Source: Mangrovibacterium sp.
Lineage (GTDB): Bacteria; Bacteroidota; Bacteroidia; Bacteroidales; Prolixibacteraceae
DNA length: 64,000 bases
Direction of reading: 5' to 3'
NCBI GenBank assembly: GCA_047971925.1
Contig: JBKEAC010000085.1
Coordinates: 10,794-74,793, forward strand
In this document: piece after piece, positions 1 through 10,209 of the stretch
How the letters are laid out: each line of letters opens with the position of its first letter
Position numbering within the stretch: position 1 is the first letter of the stretch
Notes under the pieces: generated by a model
The model's input: the letters and a program-made list of their open reading frames with translations, nothing else
What the model was told of the DNA's origin: nothing
Database searches by the model: none
Made by a program: the position numbers and the translations under genes

Positions 1-635
1 GAAACAAAATTTTCAATCTCCAATTGCCGTTCAACAATCATTGCCAAAGTAGGAGTTTGAACACGTCCGATTGAAAGCACTTGCCTGTTCTGACCATATT
101 TTAAAGTATAGGCACGTGTAGCATTCAACCCCAGGAGCCAATCACCAATAGCACGAGCTGAACCCGCCTGATAAAGCAGATCGAAATCCTCTCCTGGTAG
201 CAGTTTATTGAATCCTTCTTTAATCGCATCTTCTGTGAGTGATGAAATCCACAAACGTTTTACCGGAGCTTTATTATTCGCCTTAACCAACACCCAGCGC
301 TGAATGAGTTCCCCTTCTTGACCAGCATCGCCACAATTAATGATTTCCGATGCATTTGAAATTAATGATTCGAGTGTTTTAAATTGCCTTTGCACCCCTT
401 TATCATCCATAATTTTAATTCCAAAACGATCTGGAATCATCGGGAGTGAGTCCATATACCATGATTTCCATGCCGATGTATAATCTGCAGGTTCTTTCAA
501 TGTACAAAGATGACCAAATGTCCAACTTACCTGATAGCCATTTCCTTCATAGTAGCCATCTTTTCGGTTTCTCGCTCCTAGAATTTGAGCAATTTCACCC
601 GCTACGCTGGGCTTTTCGGCAATACATAGTTTCAT
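1..635 (-). CDS. topB: DNA topoisomerase III (type IA), N-terminal Toprim part; gene runs off the left edge
   Basis: Absent from the ORF track because it is open at the edge. Manual minus-strand translation from the ATG at 635 gives MKLCIAEKPSVAGEIAQILGA..VSWTFGHLCTL..CGDAGQEGELIQRWV..SIGRVQTPTLAMIVERQ, the typical type IA Toprim/N-terminal signature. Confidence 0.75.
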   Translation of the reverse strand, partial: MKLCIAEKPSVAGEIAQILGARNRKDGYYEGNGYQVSWTFGHLCTLKEPADYTSAWKSWYMDSLPMIPDRFGIKIMDDKGVQRQFKTLESLISNASEIINCGDAGQEGELIQRWVLVKANNKAPVKRLWISSLTEDAIKEGFNKLLPGEDFDLLYQAGSARAIGDWLLGLNATRAYTLKYGQNRQVLSIGRVQTPTLAMIVERQLEIENFV

Positions 636-718
636 GTGCATTACTTTAGCAATAAGCACTTGGCTTTGCTTGATTTATTTTCGATGTTTAACTCTACTTA
701 ATGGTGGTAGGTACTATT

Positions 719-1549
719 TTAGCATAATTTTATTCCATTATCCTCAATGCTTATCAATCGTTCTTTATATAACGATCCGATTGCCATCTTGAAGTTTTTT
801 TTACTAATACCGAAAGTCTCTGCAATAAGTTCAGGTGATGATTTATCGTGTATCGGAAGGAAACCTCCTGCCACTTGCAACTTCTCTAGAATTACACCAG
901 CAATACCTTCTACTTTCACATAGCCTTGTTTTGTTAAGCTTATATCAATCTTATCGTCTTCTCTAATATTCTTAATGAATCCATTGGTTTTATCTCCAAT
1001 ACGAAGACGTCGATGCACTTCACTATTAAAGATAAGCCCCCAATGCGAATTATCAATAATAGCTTTATATCCTAGATCTGTTTTGCTTGCAATTAACAAA
1101 GTTACCTCTTCTCCCAATTCATAATCCACAGGTAAATTATCTAAAAACTTATCGAGCTTCGATGATGCCAATAGGCGGTTTGATTGATCATCAACATAAA
1201 TATAAACCACATATTTTTTGCCCACCTCCATACGAACTTGCTGCTCGCGAAAAGGCACAAAAAGTTGTTTTAGAACTCCCCAATCTAGGAAAGCTCCGAA
1301 TTCTGTTACCTCCATTACTTCTAAAAATGCAAAGTCACCAACTTGTGCATATGGTTGCTCTGTTGTGGCTACTGGTCGTTCTTCTCCATCGAGATATATA
1401 AATACCTCTAAACGTTGACCAATCTCACAGTTCTCTGGAACATAGCGATTGGGCATTAATATTTCACCACTCTGACCTCCATCTAGATAGACTCCAAAGT
1501 CTACCCTCTTCACCACCTCTAATTCATTTATTGTACCTAATGCTATCAT
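719..1549 (-). CDS. S1-like RNA-binding domain protein (CvfB/YitL family)
   Basis: 276-aa ORF with repeated S1/OB-like segments (VDFGVYLDGG.., EFGAFLDWG.., DLGYKAIIDN.., GFIKNIREDDKIDISL) and a C-terminal winged-helix-like tail. Confidence 0.65.
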   Translation of the reverse strand: MIALGTINELEVVKRVDFGVYLDGGQSGEILMPNRYVPENCEIGQRLEVFIYLDGEERPVATTEQPYAQVGDFAFLEVMEVTEFGAFLDWGVLKQLFVPFREQQVRMEVGKKYVVYIYVDDQSNRLLASSKLDKFLDNLPVDYELGEEVTLLIASKTDLGYKAIIDNSHWGLIFNSEVHRRLRIGDKTNGFIKNIREDDKIDISLTKQGYVKVEGIAGVILEKLQVAGGFLPIHDKSSPELIAETFGISKKNFKMAIGSLYKERLISIEDNGIKLC

Positions 1550-1844
1550 TGTATTTTATATTCTATGTTTAAATGAGAAGTACAAAAGTACGGTTTAAGA
1601 TGAAATATACAAATCCTAAGGTGAAAGCTTATCAGAAACTCAGGTATTATTAATCGTTATCCCCTCAACGAATCATAAAACCAAGAAATTCTATCCGCGT
1701 ATAATTACGGTATTCTCAATTTCAATCAATGCATTGACAAAGAATATCCACTATAATATTTCAAATAGACCATTTATTATTCACCTTACATTAACATGTA
1801 TTAGAAGCCGAATTGCTACTTTTGCAAAATTCAACTTGTAAAAC

Positions 1845-3239
1845 ATGACCCAGACACATGATTTGGCACAGAAGCCAATTTCAAAACTACTACTCTCCTT
1901 TTTTATACCTGCATTTATTGGTGTTTTCATTAATGCTTTATATAACATTGTTGACCGCATTTTTATTGGTAATTTGGTAGGAGCCGATGCGCTTAGTGGA
2001 GTTTCAATCATCTTTCCCATCATGTTAGCCATGACTGCTTTTGGCATGCTCTTAGGTATCGGTGGTGGCATCCTTATTTCCATCAATCTGGGGAGAAAAG
2101 ATCTAACTAAAGCCAATCAGGTTCTTGGTACAAGTTTCCTCCTAATAGTCATCACGGCAACAATTATCACTTCCATTGGCATGATCTACAAGGAATCTCT
2201 CCTCCGAATGTTTGGAGCAACCGATTCTACGCTGAATTATGCCAATGAATATCTAAGTTACATTCTTCTTGGAACTATCTTTCAATTAGTAGGATTTTCT
2301 CTCAACAACATTATTCGTTCTGAAGGGAATGCCCGAATAGCAATGATTTCAATGCTCATGAGCGCAGGCTGCAACATTTTGCTCGACTACATTTTGGTAT
2401 ATCATCTAAAAATGGGAGTTGCTGGTGCTGCTATTGCTACCGTTGTTTCAATGGCCTTATTATCGGCATGGGTAATTTTCCACTTTAAAAGTTCTCGTTC
2501 AGTGGTGAGCTTAAAAAAGAAATACATCAAACTAGACTTCCGCTTAGCAAAAGAAATTGGAAATACGGGTTTCCCACCTTTCTCCATGCAACTTGCTGGT
2601 TCAATTGTACAAGGATTAATTACCACGCAATTAGTTGCTCTGGGAGGCGACTTAGCCGTTGGTGCCATGGGAGTCATTATATCCATATCGATGATGATCA
2701 TTATGAGCATGGTGGCTATCAACATGGCTAGTCAGCCTATTTTTGGATATAACTATGGTGCTATGAATTACCTCCGAGTAAAATCATGCCTCGTCTTGTC
2801 CATGTCTGCTGCTACTGTTATTGGTATTTTGAGCTTCGCAATTGTTCAATTATTTCCTCACATTCTGGTTGATTTCTTCAATAACGACTCTCCAGAACTC
2901 ATCGAAATAAGCAAAAAAGGTCTACAAATTGCCATGGCTAGCCTACCTATCATTGGATTTCAAATTATCATTGGAAATTACTATCAATCGATAGGAAAAT
3001 CACGCATTGCCACCATTCTTCCTCTGCTCAGACAAGTCATTGTGCTGACTCCTTTAATATTCATATTACCTAAGTTTTGGGGATTAAACGGTGTTTGGCT
3101 TGCCATGCCGATATCTGATGCGGTTGCCGCAATCATCGTTTTATTCTTTATCAAAAAAGATTGGAAGAGACTAAATGATTTAATCTTAGACGAAAAATCT
3201 AAGTTAGCTTTATCGCCTAATCCCTCAACTGACTTTTGA
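1845..3239 (+). CDS. MATE family multidrug/toxin efflux transporter
   Basis: 464 aa, about 12 hydrophobic helices. The N-terminal KLLLSFFIPAFIGVFINALYNIVDRIFIG motif is typical of MATE/NorM-like proteins. Confidence 0.8.
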   Translation: MTQTHDLAQKPISKLLLSFFIPAFIGVFINALYNIVDRIFIGNLVGADALSGVSIIFPIMLAMTAFGMLLGIGGGILISINLGRKDLTKANQVLGTSFLLIVITATIITSIGMIYKESLLRMFGATDSTLNYANEYLSYILLGTIFQLVGFSLNNIIRSEGNARIAMISMLMSAGCNILLDYILVYHLKMGVAGAAIATVVSMALLSAWVIFHFKSSRSVVSLKKKYIKLDFRLAKEIGNTGFPPFSMQLAGSIVQGLITTQLVALGGDLAVGAMGVIISISMMIIMSMVAINMASQPIFGYNYGAMNYLRVKSCLVLSMSAATVIGILSFAIVQLFPHILVDFFNNDSPELIEISKKGLQIAMASLPIIGFQIIIGNYYQSIGKSRIATILPLLRQVIVLTPLIFILPKFWGLNGVWLAMPISDAVAAIIVLFFIKKDWKRLNDLILDEKSKLALSPNPSTDF

Positions 3240-3283
3240 TCCTAATTTCATTTCTAAAAAATGCCTATCTACAATGCTTCTAC

Positions 3284-4513
3284 TTAAAACTTGAGGTATA
3301 AATTGCTATCTCCATAGCTCAAAAATCGATAAGCGTTTTCAAGCGCATGAGCATAGACCCGCTTCCATTCATCGCCGATAAAGGCAGAAATTAACAAAAG
3401 CAATGTACTCTGCGGTTGGTGAAAATTGGTTATCATGCCTTGAACCAACTTAAAATCATAACTAGGAACGATGATAATTTTTGTATGAAATGCTAATTGT
3501 TGCAAACATCGTTTTTCCATGTAATCTATAAGTACTTGCAACGATTGATCTGCCGAAATATGCAGCTCATCTTCATAGGGCATCCATTGCTGAATTACCA
3601 TGTTCTCTTCTGATAAATTGGGATTCTCAAATATTTTAACTCCCAACCAATACAGACTCTCCAAACTTCTAATAGAAGTAGTACCAACTGCAATAAGCTT
3701 GCCGCGATTTTGCTGCAACTGCTGAATAAAACTCTTTGTTATTATTACCTGCTCTGCATGCATTTCGTGCTCACCAATTTTATCTGATTGCACAGGCCTA
3801 AATGTTCCTGCCCCAACGTGCAAAGTTACTTCCGAGCGACGAATATTCTTATCGCTCATCTTTGAAAAAATTTCATCAGTAAAATGCAATCCTGCTGTAG
3901 GAGCCGCTACCGATCCTTTCTCCTTTGAATAGACCGTCTGATATCTCTCGATGTCATTTTCTTCGGTTTCTCGATGAAGATAAGGTGGAATAGGTAAAGT
4001 TCCAATTGCCTCAATGATTGTCGCAAAATCAAACTTCTCATTATCCCACGAAAAGCATATTTGAACAGCTGTTTCTTTGCGTACTAATTTTTCAGCACAA
4101 AACACCACCTCTTCCCCACCTATATTCACTTGAAGTGTGAGTATTTCATCTTTCCACTTCTTCAAATTACCCACCATGCAATTCCAAACACATGATTTTC
4201 GCTGCTGAAATACCAACTGATAATCGGAAGGATGATGCGGATCAAGACAAAATATCTCGATATGCGCACCCGTTGATTTCTTAAAATACAATCGTGCGCG
4301 TATGACTTTTGTATTATTAAATACCAATAAACTATCTTGAGGAATATAATCTACTAGCGATTTAAACATCGCATCTTCAATCTGCCCATCACGCCAAACC
4401 AGCAACTTCGATAAATCTCTTTCCGCCAACGGACGAATAGCTACATGCTCATCGGGCAAATAATAATTTAATTCATGTGCGTCTTGAGACTTTATTTTAT
4501 GAAGATCTTTCAT
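3284..4513 (-). CDS. queA: S-adenosylmethionine:tRNA ribosyltransferase-isomerase
   Basis: 409 aa with QueA signatures LPIPPYL, AAPTAGLHFT, LHVGAGTFRPV, AVGTTS.R.LES, NFHQPQSTLLLL. Confidence 0.9.
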   Translation of the reverse strand: MKDLHKIKSQDAHELNYYLPDEHVAIRPLAERDLSKLLVWRDGQIEDAMFKSLVDYIPQDSLLVFNNTKVIRARLYFKKSTGAHIEIFCLDPHHPSDYQLVFQQRKSCVWNCMVGNLKKWKDEILTLQVNIGGEEVVFCAEKLVRKETAVQICFSWDNEKFDFATIIEAIGTLPIPPYLHRETEENDIERYQTVYSKEKGSVAAPTAGLHFTDEIFSKMSDKNIRRSEVTLHVGAGTFRPVQSDKIGEHEMHAEQVIITKSFIQQLQQNRGKLIAVGTTSIRSLESLYWLGVKIFENPNLSEENMVIQQWMPYEDELHISADQSLQVLIDYMEKRCLQQLAFHTKIIIVPSYDFKLVQGMITNFHQPQSTLLLLISAFIGDEWKRVYAHALENAYRFLSYGDSNLYLKF

Positions 4514-4569
4514 GGCTTTTCTTTAGTTCTGGGCGTATCAATGCGTGAAATAATTAGAAAACAATAGAC

Positions 4570-4625
4570 ACAGAAAAGCTGCAAGTAAGGCTAACGACAA
4601 ATCTTCACCTAATTACTTGCAGCTT
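4570..4625 (-). terminator. Stem-loop downstream of trxA (13-bp arms AAGCTGCAAGTAA / TTACTTGCAGCTT)
   Basis: Perfect 13-bp inverted repeat at 4576-4588 and 4613-4625, immediately 3' of the trxA stop on the minus strand. It is followed by a short T-rich tract. Confidence 0.5.
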
Positions 4626-4643
4626 ATTATTCATTTTTAAACG

Positions 4644-4961
4644 CTAAAGTGCAGCATCAATTTTAGCTGCCAAGGCTGATTTTTGAGCTGCGCCCACATG
4701 TTTATCAACCACCTCTCCATTTTTAAATACAAGCAAAGTCGGAATATTTCTAATGCCGTATTTCATTGATATTTCAGCCGAGCTATCCACATCAACTTTC
4801 ACAACTACCGCTTTCCCTTCGTAATCTTTCGAAAGCTCTTCTACAATTGGGGCAATCATTCTACATGGTCCACACCACTCTGCCCAGAAATCAACTAACA
4901 CTGGTTTGTCTGATTTCAATACTACTTCTTCAAAGTTCGCTTCTGTTACTTCAATAGCCAT
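4644..4961 (-). CDS. trxA: Thioredoxin
   Basis: 105 aa with the WCGPC active site (FWAEWCGPCRMIAP) and canonical thioredoxin length. Confidence 0.92.
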   Translation of the reverse strand: MAIEVTEANFEEVVLKSDKPVLVDFWAEWCGPCRMIAPIVEELSKDYEGKAVVVKVDVDSSAEISMKYGIRNIPTLLVFKNGEVVDKHVGAAQKSALAAKIDAAL

Positions 4962-5030
4962 AACTTAATCTTATTTTTTGATTTGTATTTTTATTAAACG
5001 ATTATATCGCCAAATTGTTTTTTTGCAAAT

Positions 5031-8000
5031 CTAATTAATTTTAAACGATACTCCCTCATATTCCCTAAAAAAACGTTCTAATTCCTTTGTAAAACTAATG
5101 CGCATGCTTCGAGAAAAAAGCGGAACTAACTGCCGCGTATCTTCATCCCACACATTAACATATAGCTTCTTATCGCCTAAATTATATTTAATATTTCGAA
5201 CTAATTCTTCTGTAAATCTTGGATTGATAATTTTTAATGGCAAATTAATTGTTACACTTGAAACCATTTTCTCTCTCACTTCATCAAGCAAATCTATACG
5301 TCGCACCTTAAATGCTAAATTCTTTGGTGCATTTGCATCTTTATTCGGATTAAAAAAACGTTCTCCTACATATCCTTTCACCAAAAGAAAAATGTTAGGT
5401 TTACAAAAATGACCAAATTCCACATAATCTTTACCCCAAAGCATCAACTCGTAGCTCCCCGAGTAATCGGCCATAACAATCTTTCCAAAAGGACTACCAT
5501 TTTTTGACATTCTCACTTCTGCTTCGAGAACCATTCCGCCAAAAGTAATTTCTTTCCCATCGAGATCATTGATTCTCTCGTTGAGATCATTCAACGTATA
5601 CTCTTTACTAACATAACTCGCAAATTCTAATTTATAGTCATCTAGCGGATGAGATGATAAATAGATACCTATCATTTCTTTCTCCCTCGCCAATAAAACT
5701 AAATTTGGAAACTCATTTACCTGAGGAATATCGGGGTTTTTAATAACTCCCGCCATGGCATCGCCGAACAGTGACATCATTGCATTCGCTTTCTCGCTTT
5801 GCACCTGTTGCCCAAAGCGAACTAACTTATCTAAAAAAATATCACTATCATCATTCGACGCAAAAAACTGTGCTCGCTTCATGCCCATTCCATCAAATGC
5901 TCCAGCGTTAATCAACGATTCAATACTCTTTTTATTAACCGTTTTCAAACTCACTCGCTGCACAAAATCAAATACATCTTTAAAAACGCCATTCTCATCT
6001 CTCTCACGAATAATTTCTTCAACTGCCGAATCGCCCACTCCTTTCACGCCTGCCATTCCGAAACGAATTACACCGTTCTTATTCACTGTAAACTTGCGAT
6101 ACGATTCATTAATATCGGGTCCTTTCACATTCAATCCCATGCGTTGACATTCCTCCATGAAAGTTGTAATCTTCGATATATCGCTCAAATTTCGACTCAT
6201 CACCCCTGCCATGAATTCCGCAGGATAATTAGCTTTTAAAAATCCTGTTTGATAAGCCACATAAGCATAACAAACCGAGTGCGACTTATTAAAGGCATAA
6301 CTTGCAAAAGCTTCCCAATCTTTCCAAACTTTTTGAATCAAAGATTTTGCATCTTTATTAGCTGCCTCGCCTTCATCGCAGGCTTTAACAAAATCAGGAT
6401 TATTCAAACAGCCTTCGGTAAATTTCACTGAAAGCTTATCCATTACTGCAATAATCTTCTTACCCATCGCCTTACGAAGCGCATCTGAATCGCCACGAGT
6501 AAATCCACCCAAAGCGCGCGACTGAAGCATCACTTGCTCTTGATAAACTGTAATACCATACGTGTCCTTTAAATAGGGCTCCATGAGCGGATGATCATAT
6601 TTCACTGGCTGACGACCATGTCGGCGTTCAATAAAATCGGGAATATATTCCATTGGTCCTGGTCGATAAAGCGCATTCATTGCCACCAAGTGCTCAAATC
6701 TATCGGGCTCTAGTGCCTTTAAATGTTTTTTCATGCCTGGCGACTCAAACTGGAACACAGCTGTTGTTTCTCCATTTGCAAATAACTGCAACGTCTTTTC
6801 ATCATCAAGAGGAACAGTGTTAACATCAACATCAATTCCTTTTGAAAGCTTAATATTATCAACCGTTTCTTTTATGATTGAAAGCGTGCGAAGCCCTAAA
6901 AAGTCCATCTTCAGCAAACCGATATTTTCCACAAATCGACCATCATATTGCGTGGTGAGCAATTCCTCGCCTTTGGTGGGCATTACAGGCAAATGCTCAT
7001 TGAGCGGATTTTTCCCAATCAAAACCCCGCAAGCATGCACCCCTGTTTGTCGCACTGTTCCTTCTAAAACCTCGGCATATTTTAAAGTCTTCCGAACCAA
7101 AGGGTCAGAAGATTCTTTCTCTAATTTAAATTCAGGAATATTTTGATATGCTTTTTTAAAACTCGATTCATCTCCAACCAACTTTGTTAGTCGATTCGAC
7201 TCAGAAATTGATAATCCCAACACCCTACCCACATCTTTAATCGAGCCCTTTGTTGCCATCGTACCAAATGTACAAATGTGTGCCACTTTATCTTGTCCAT
7301 ATTTATTTGTTACATAGTCAAGAACTCGCTGTCTACCATCATCATCAAAATCAATATCAACATCGGGCATTGAAATCCTATCGGGATTCAAAAAACGCTC
7401 AAATAGCAAATCATATTTAATCGGATCTACATCGGTTATTTTTACACAATAAGCCACAGCCGATCCTGCTGCTGAACCACGACCAGGACCAACCAAAACG
7501 CCATTATTCTTTGCCCAGTTAATAAAATCTTGCACAATTAAGAAATATCCCGGAAATCCCATCGTCTTAATGGTGTTTAATTCAAAATCTAAACGCTCTT
7601 TCACCGATGGCGCAAGATTTTCTCCATATCGATCTACCGAACCTTTAAAACACAAATACTCCAAATAATCTGCCTCCAACTTAATCTGCAAAGTCTTCTC
7701 ATAACCACCTAAGCGCATCAGAGCTTTTTCTGAAAACTCTTCAATCAAACTAGCCTCATCGAAACGCTTTTTATAGTCTTCAAAAGTTGCAAATTCTTCT
7801 GGAATATCAAATGGTGGCATAAAGGGATCATGATCTAATTCAAAGAACTCCACTTTTTCTGCAATTTCCATCGTGTTGGTGAGCACCTCTGGAATATCAG
7901 CAAAAAGCTCACTCATTTCCTTTCTAGTCTTAAACCACTCTTGCTTTGAATATCGCATCCTTGTCGGATCATCAAAATCTCTACCCGTATTCATACACAC

Positions 8001-9584
8001 AAGCAAATCATGCGGATCAGCATCTTCTTCATCGGTAAAGTGTGAATCATTCGTTGCAATTACTTTTACACCCAATTCTTGAGCCAATTGCAGCATCACC
8101 AAACTCACCTTCGCCTGATTCTCCCATGTGTCTCTACGCAAAATAGGATCATGATTCGGGTGCCTCGAAATCTCCAAGTAATAGTCATCACCAAAAACTC
8201 CCTTAAACCATCTGATTGATTCTTTCGCCTCCTCAATATTTCCATTCATGATGTGTTGAGAAATTTCACCGCCCAAACATGCCGACGAAACAATCAATCC
8301 TTCATGATATTGTGCCAAGAGTTCTTTATCAATACGTGGTTTATAATAAAAACCATCGGTATTGGCTATCGACGTTAACTTTAAAAGATTAACATAACCC
8401 ACTTCATTTTTTGCCAAAAGAATTAAATGATAACCCGACGAATCCGTTTTATCATCCTTCCTTAAATGACCCCGCTGCGCACAATAGGCCTCAATCCCGA
8501 TTATTGGTTTAAACGTACTTGGAAGCGTTGCTTTTATTTCATCTCGTAATTGTTTTTCTTCTTCCTCCGAAAGCTTCCGATCACCTTTTGCTTTTGCCAA
8601 ACGACGCTTCAACACATTGTCGGGAGCATTCTTACAAGCATTGTGAAACTCCTTTGCGCCAAACATATTACCATGATCGGTGAGTGCAACAGCCGGCTGA
8701 CCATCCTCAAATGCCTTTTCTGCAATTGATATCGTTTTATTTAATCCATCGAGAATAGAATATTGAGAATGCACATGAAGATGAACAAAAGGGAAAACCT
8801 CTTGACTAGCAGCTGCCGCACGAAATATTTTCTTTTCAAAATCTTCTAATGAAAATTCTTCAAAAACATCAACTTTAAATGATTCGTATTTAATTCCAAC
8901 GGGCTGAATGGTTTTCGGATTATTTTTCAAAAAACGCTCATATTCTGCAGGAGAAAAATCTAGCACTTTGAGTGTTGATTTCACATCAGATTCTTGTGCA
9001 TCAGCGGCTAAATGATTCAAGCCACCAACCCTAATAAGCTCTAAGAAACAGCGTGAAGTTGCCTCAACATCGGCCGCAGCATTATGCGCCTCCTCAAATC
9101 GAACCCCAAACAATCGTATGTGCAACTCCGTGAGCGATGGATTTTTTAACTGACCATTCTTCTTTAAATCACAATAAATCTTACTCCCATCCATGCTGTC
9201 AATAAACGGATGTTTCGATAAATCTTCCGACATTCCCATCCTCACCAATTCACAGCCCACCACATTCACATCAAAAGTCACATTATGACCAACAATAAAT
9301 CGACTCTGCCTCACATCGCCCATAAAATCAGCCAATGCCTCCTTCAAAGGAATACCTATCTCAATAGCCTTTTGTGTTGTAATGCCATGCACCTTAACCA
9401 CCTCATCGGGAATAATATAACCTTCAGGATAAATAACATGATTTTTTGCCGCTATAAAATTACCCACCTCATCATGCATCTGCCATGCCAACTGAACCAT
9501 GCGAGGCCAGTTATCCGTATCATCTATCGAAGCTTTCCAATTCTTGGGCAAGCCTGTTGTTTCAGTGTCAAATATTAAAAACAT
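5031..9584 (-). CDS. dnaE: DNA polymerase III alpha subunit (DnaE-type) with N-terminal DEDDh 3'-5' exonuclease (DnaQ-like) domain
   Basis: 1517 aa. Residues about 1-190 carry Exo I FDTETTGL, Exo II GHNVTFDVNV and Exo III HNAAADVEAT. The PHP domain then starts at FVHLHVHSQYSILDG, followed by polymerase core motifs (PDVDIDF, GLLKMDFLGL, YRPGPM, KSHS.CYA) and a C-terminal OB fold. Confidence 0.92.
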   Translation of the reverse strand: MFLIFDTETTGLPKNWKASIDDTDNWPRMVQLAWQMHDEVGNFIAAKNHVIYPEGYIIPDEVVKVHGITTQKAIEIGIPLKEALADFMGDVRQSRFIVGHNVTFDVNVVGCELVRMGMSEDLSKHPFIDSMDGSKIYCDLKKNGQLKNPSLTELHIRLFGVRFEEAHNAAADVEATSRCFLELIRVGGLNHLAADAQESDVKSTLKVLDFSPAEYERFLKNNPKTIQPVGIKYESFKVDVFEEFSLEDFEKKIFRAAAASQEVFPFVHLHVHSQYSILDGLNKTISIAEKAFEDGQPAVALTDHGNMFGAKEFHNACKNAPDNVLKRRLAKAKGDRKLSEEEEKQLRDEIKATLPSTFKPIIGIEAYCAQRGHLRKDDKTDSSGYHLILLAKNEVGYVNLLKLTSIANTDGFYYKPRIDKELLAQYHEGLIVSSACLGGEISQHIMNGNIEEAKESIRWFKGVFGDDYYLEISRHPNHDPILRRDTWENQAKVSLVMLQLAQELGVKVIATNDSHFTDEEDADPHDLLVCMNTGRDFDDPTRMRYSKQEWFKTRKEMSELFADIPEVLTNTMEIAEKVEFFELDHDPFMPPFDIPEEFATFEDYKKRFDEASLIEEFSEKALMRLGGYEKTLQIKLEADYLEYLCFKGSVDRYGENLAPSVKERLDFELNTIKTMGFPGYFLIVQDFINWAKNNGVLVGPGRGSAAGSAVAYCVKITDVDPIKYDLLFERFLNPDRISMPDVDIDFDDDGRQRVLDYVTNKYGQDKVAHICTFGTMATKGSIKDVGRVLGLSISESNRLTKLVGDESSFKKAYQNIPEFKLEKESSDPLVRKTLKYAEVLEGTVRQTGVHACGVLIGKNPLNEHLPVMPTKGEELLTTQYDGRFVENIGLLKMDFLGLRTLSIIKETVDNIKLSKGIDVDVNTVPLDDEKTLQLFANGETTAVFQFESPGMKKHLKALEPDRFEHLVAMNALYRPGPMEYIPDFIERRHGRQPVKYDHPLMEPYLKDTYGITVYQEQVMLQSRALGGFTRGDSDALRKAMGKKIIAVMDKLSVKFTEGCLNNPDFVKACDEGEAANKDAKSLIQKVWKDWEAFASYAFNKSHSVCYAYVAYQTGFLKANYPAEFMAGVMSRNLSDISKITTFMEECQRMGLNVKGPDINESYRKFTVNKNGVIRFGMAGVKGVGDSAVEEIIRERDENGVFKDVFDFVQRVSLKTVNKKSIESLINAGAFDGMGMKRAQFFASNDDSDIFLDKLVRFGQQVQSEKANAMMSLFGDAMAGVIKNPDIPQVNEFPNLVLLAREKEMIGIYLSSHPLDDYKLEFASYVSKEYTLNDLNERINDLDGKEITFGGMVLEAEVRMSKNGSPFGKIVMADYSGSYELMLWGKDYVEFGHFCKPNIFLLVKGYVGERFFNPNKDANAPKNLAFKVRRIDLLDEVREKMVSSVTINLPLKIINPRFTEELVRNIKYNLGDKKLYVNVWDEDTRQLVPLFSRSMRISFTKELERFFREYEGVSFKIN

Positions 9585-10209
9585 AATCGTTGGATCTTGG
9601 TAAATTCACAATGCAAATATTGCAGCACAAAAATAGACTTTAATTATAGCCTGTGCAAAAAAGACTCTAATTTTAAATTCTCGCCAAACAACATTTCATA
9701 AACCTAGCCCAACTCTCACACTCTCAACTTCGCTTTCCAGTTTGTGTTGGGCTTAGCGATTATTTGGGTTGCAGCTGTGACCTACAGATTTTTATTTTCT
9801 AAAATGGCATAGCTTGTTGAAACGACGTTGCACATTCACGTGCATGCCACAAAAATATAACAAGAAGAATTAGCAAAAGTGTCCTAGATTTTGATTTTTG
9901 AGAACTAATTCTAAAAGCTGTCGCTTATTTTCATTGTGTTATAGTTGAGCTGACATTGAAAAACAGTCGTTTTTGTTGAAAATATTTTAAGGAGTGAAAG
10001 TTGGGTTCGCTACCTTTAAAAACCAAACACAAATCAACTTTCCACAAAGAAAAAACACATTCAAAATCACTACTGCTATTCAAAAACTCAAAAAAACAGC
10101 TCATTTTCCACATAAATCAGGCGAACAAATCATTTTAATTCTCTTTTTACTTCATCATATTCAATAAATCATTATCTTAGGAGCCAATAAATAATCATAA
10201 TCGATAATC

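Noticed and set aside
5098-9578. Numerous 60-137-aa ORFs antisense to or overlapping dnaE, with similar shadow ORFs inside purL, pheT, the MATE gene, the GT2 gene and the ABC genes
   Set aside because: They lie entirely within long, well-supported genes on the opposite strand or in another frame, and have odd Ser/Phe/Ile/Cys-rich composition. These are typical shadow ORFs.
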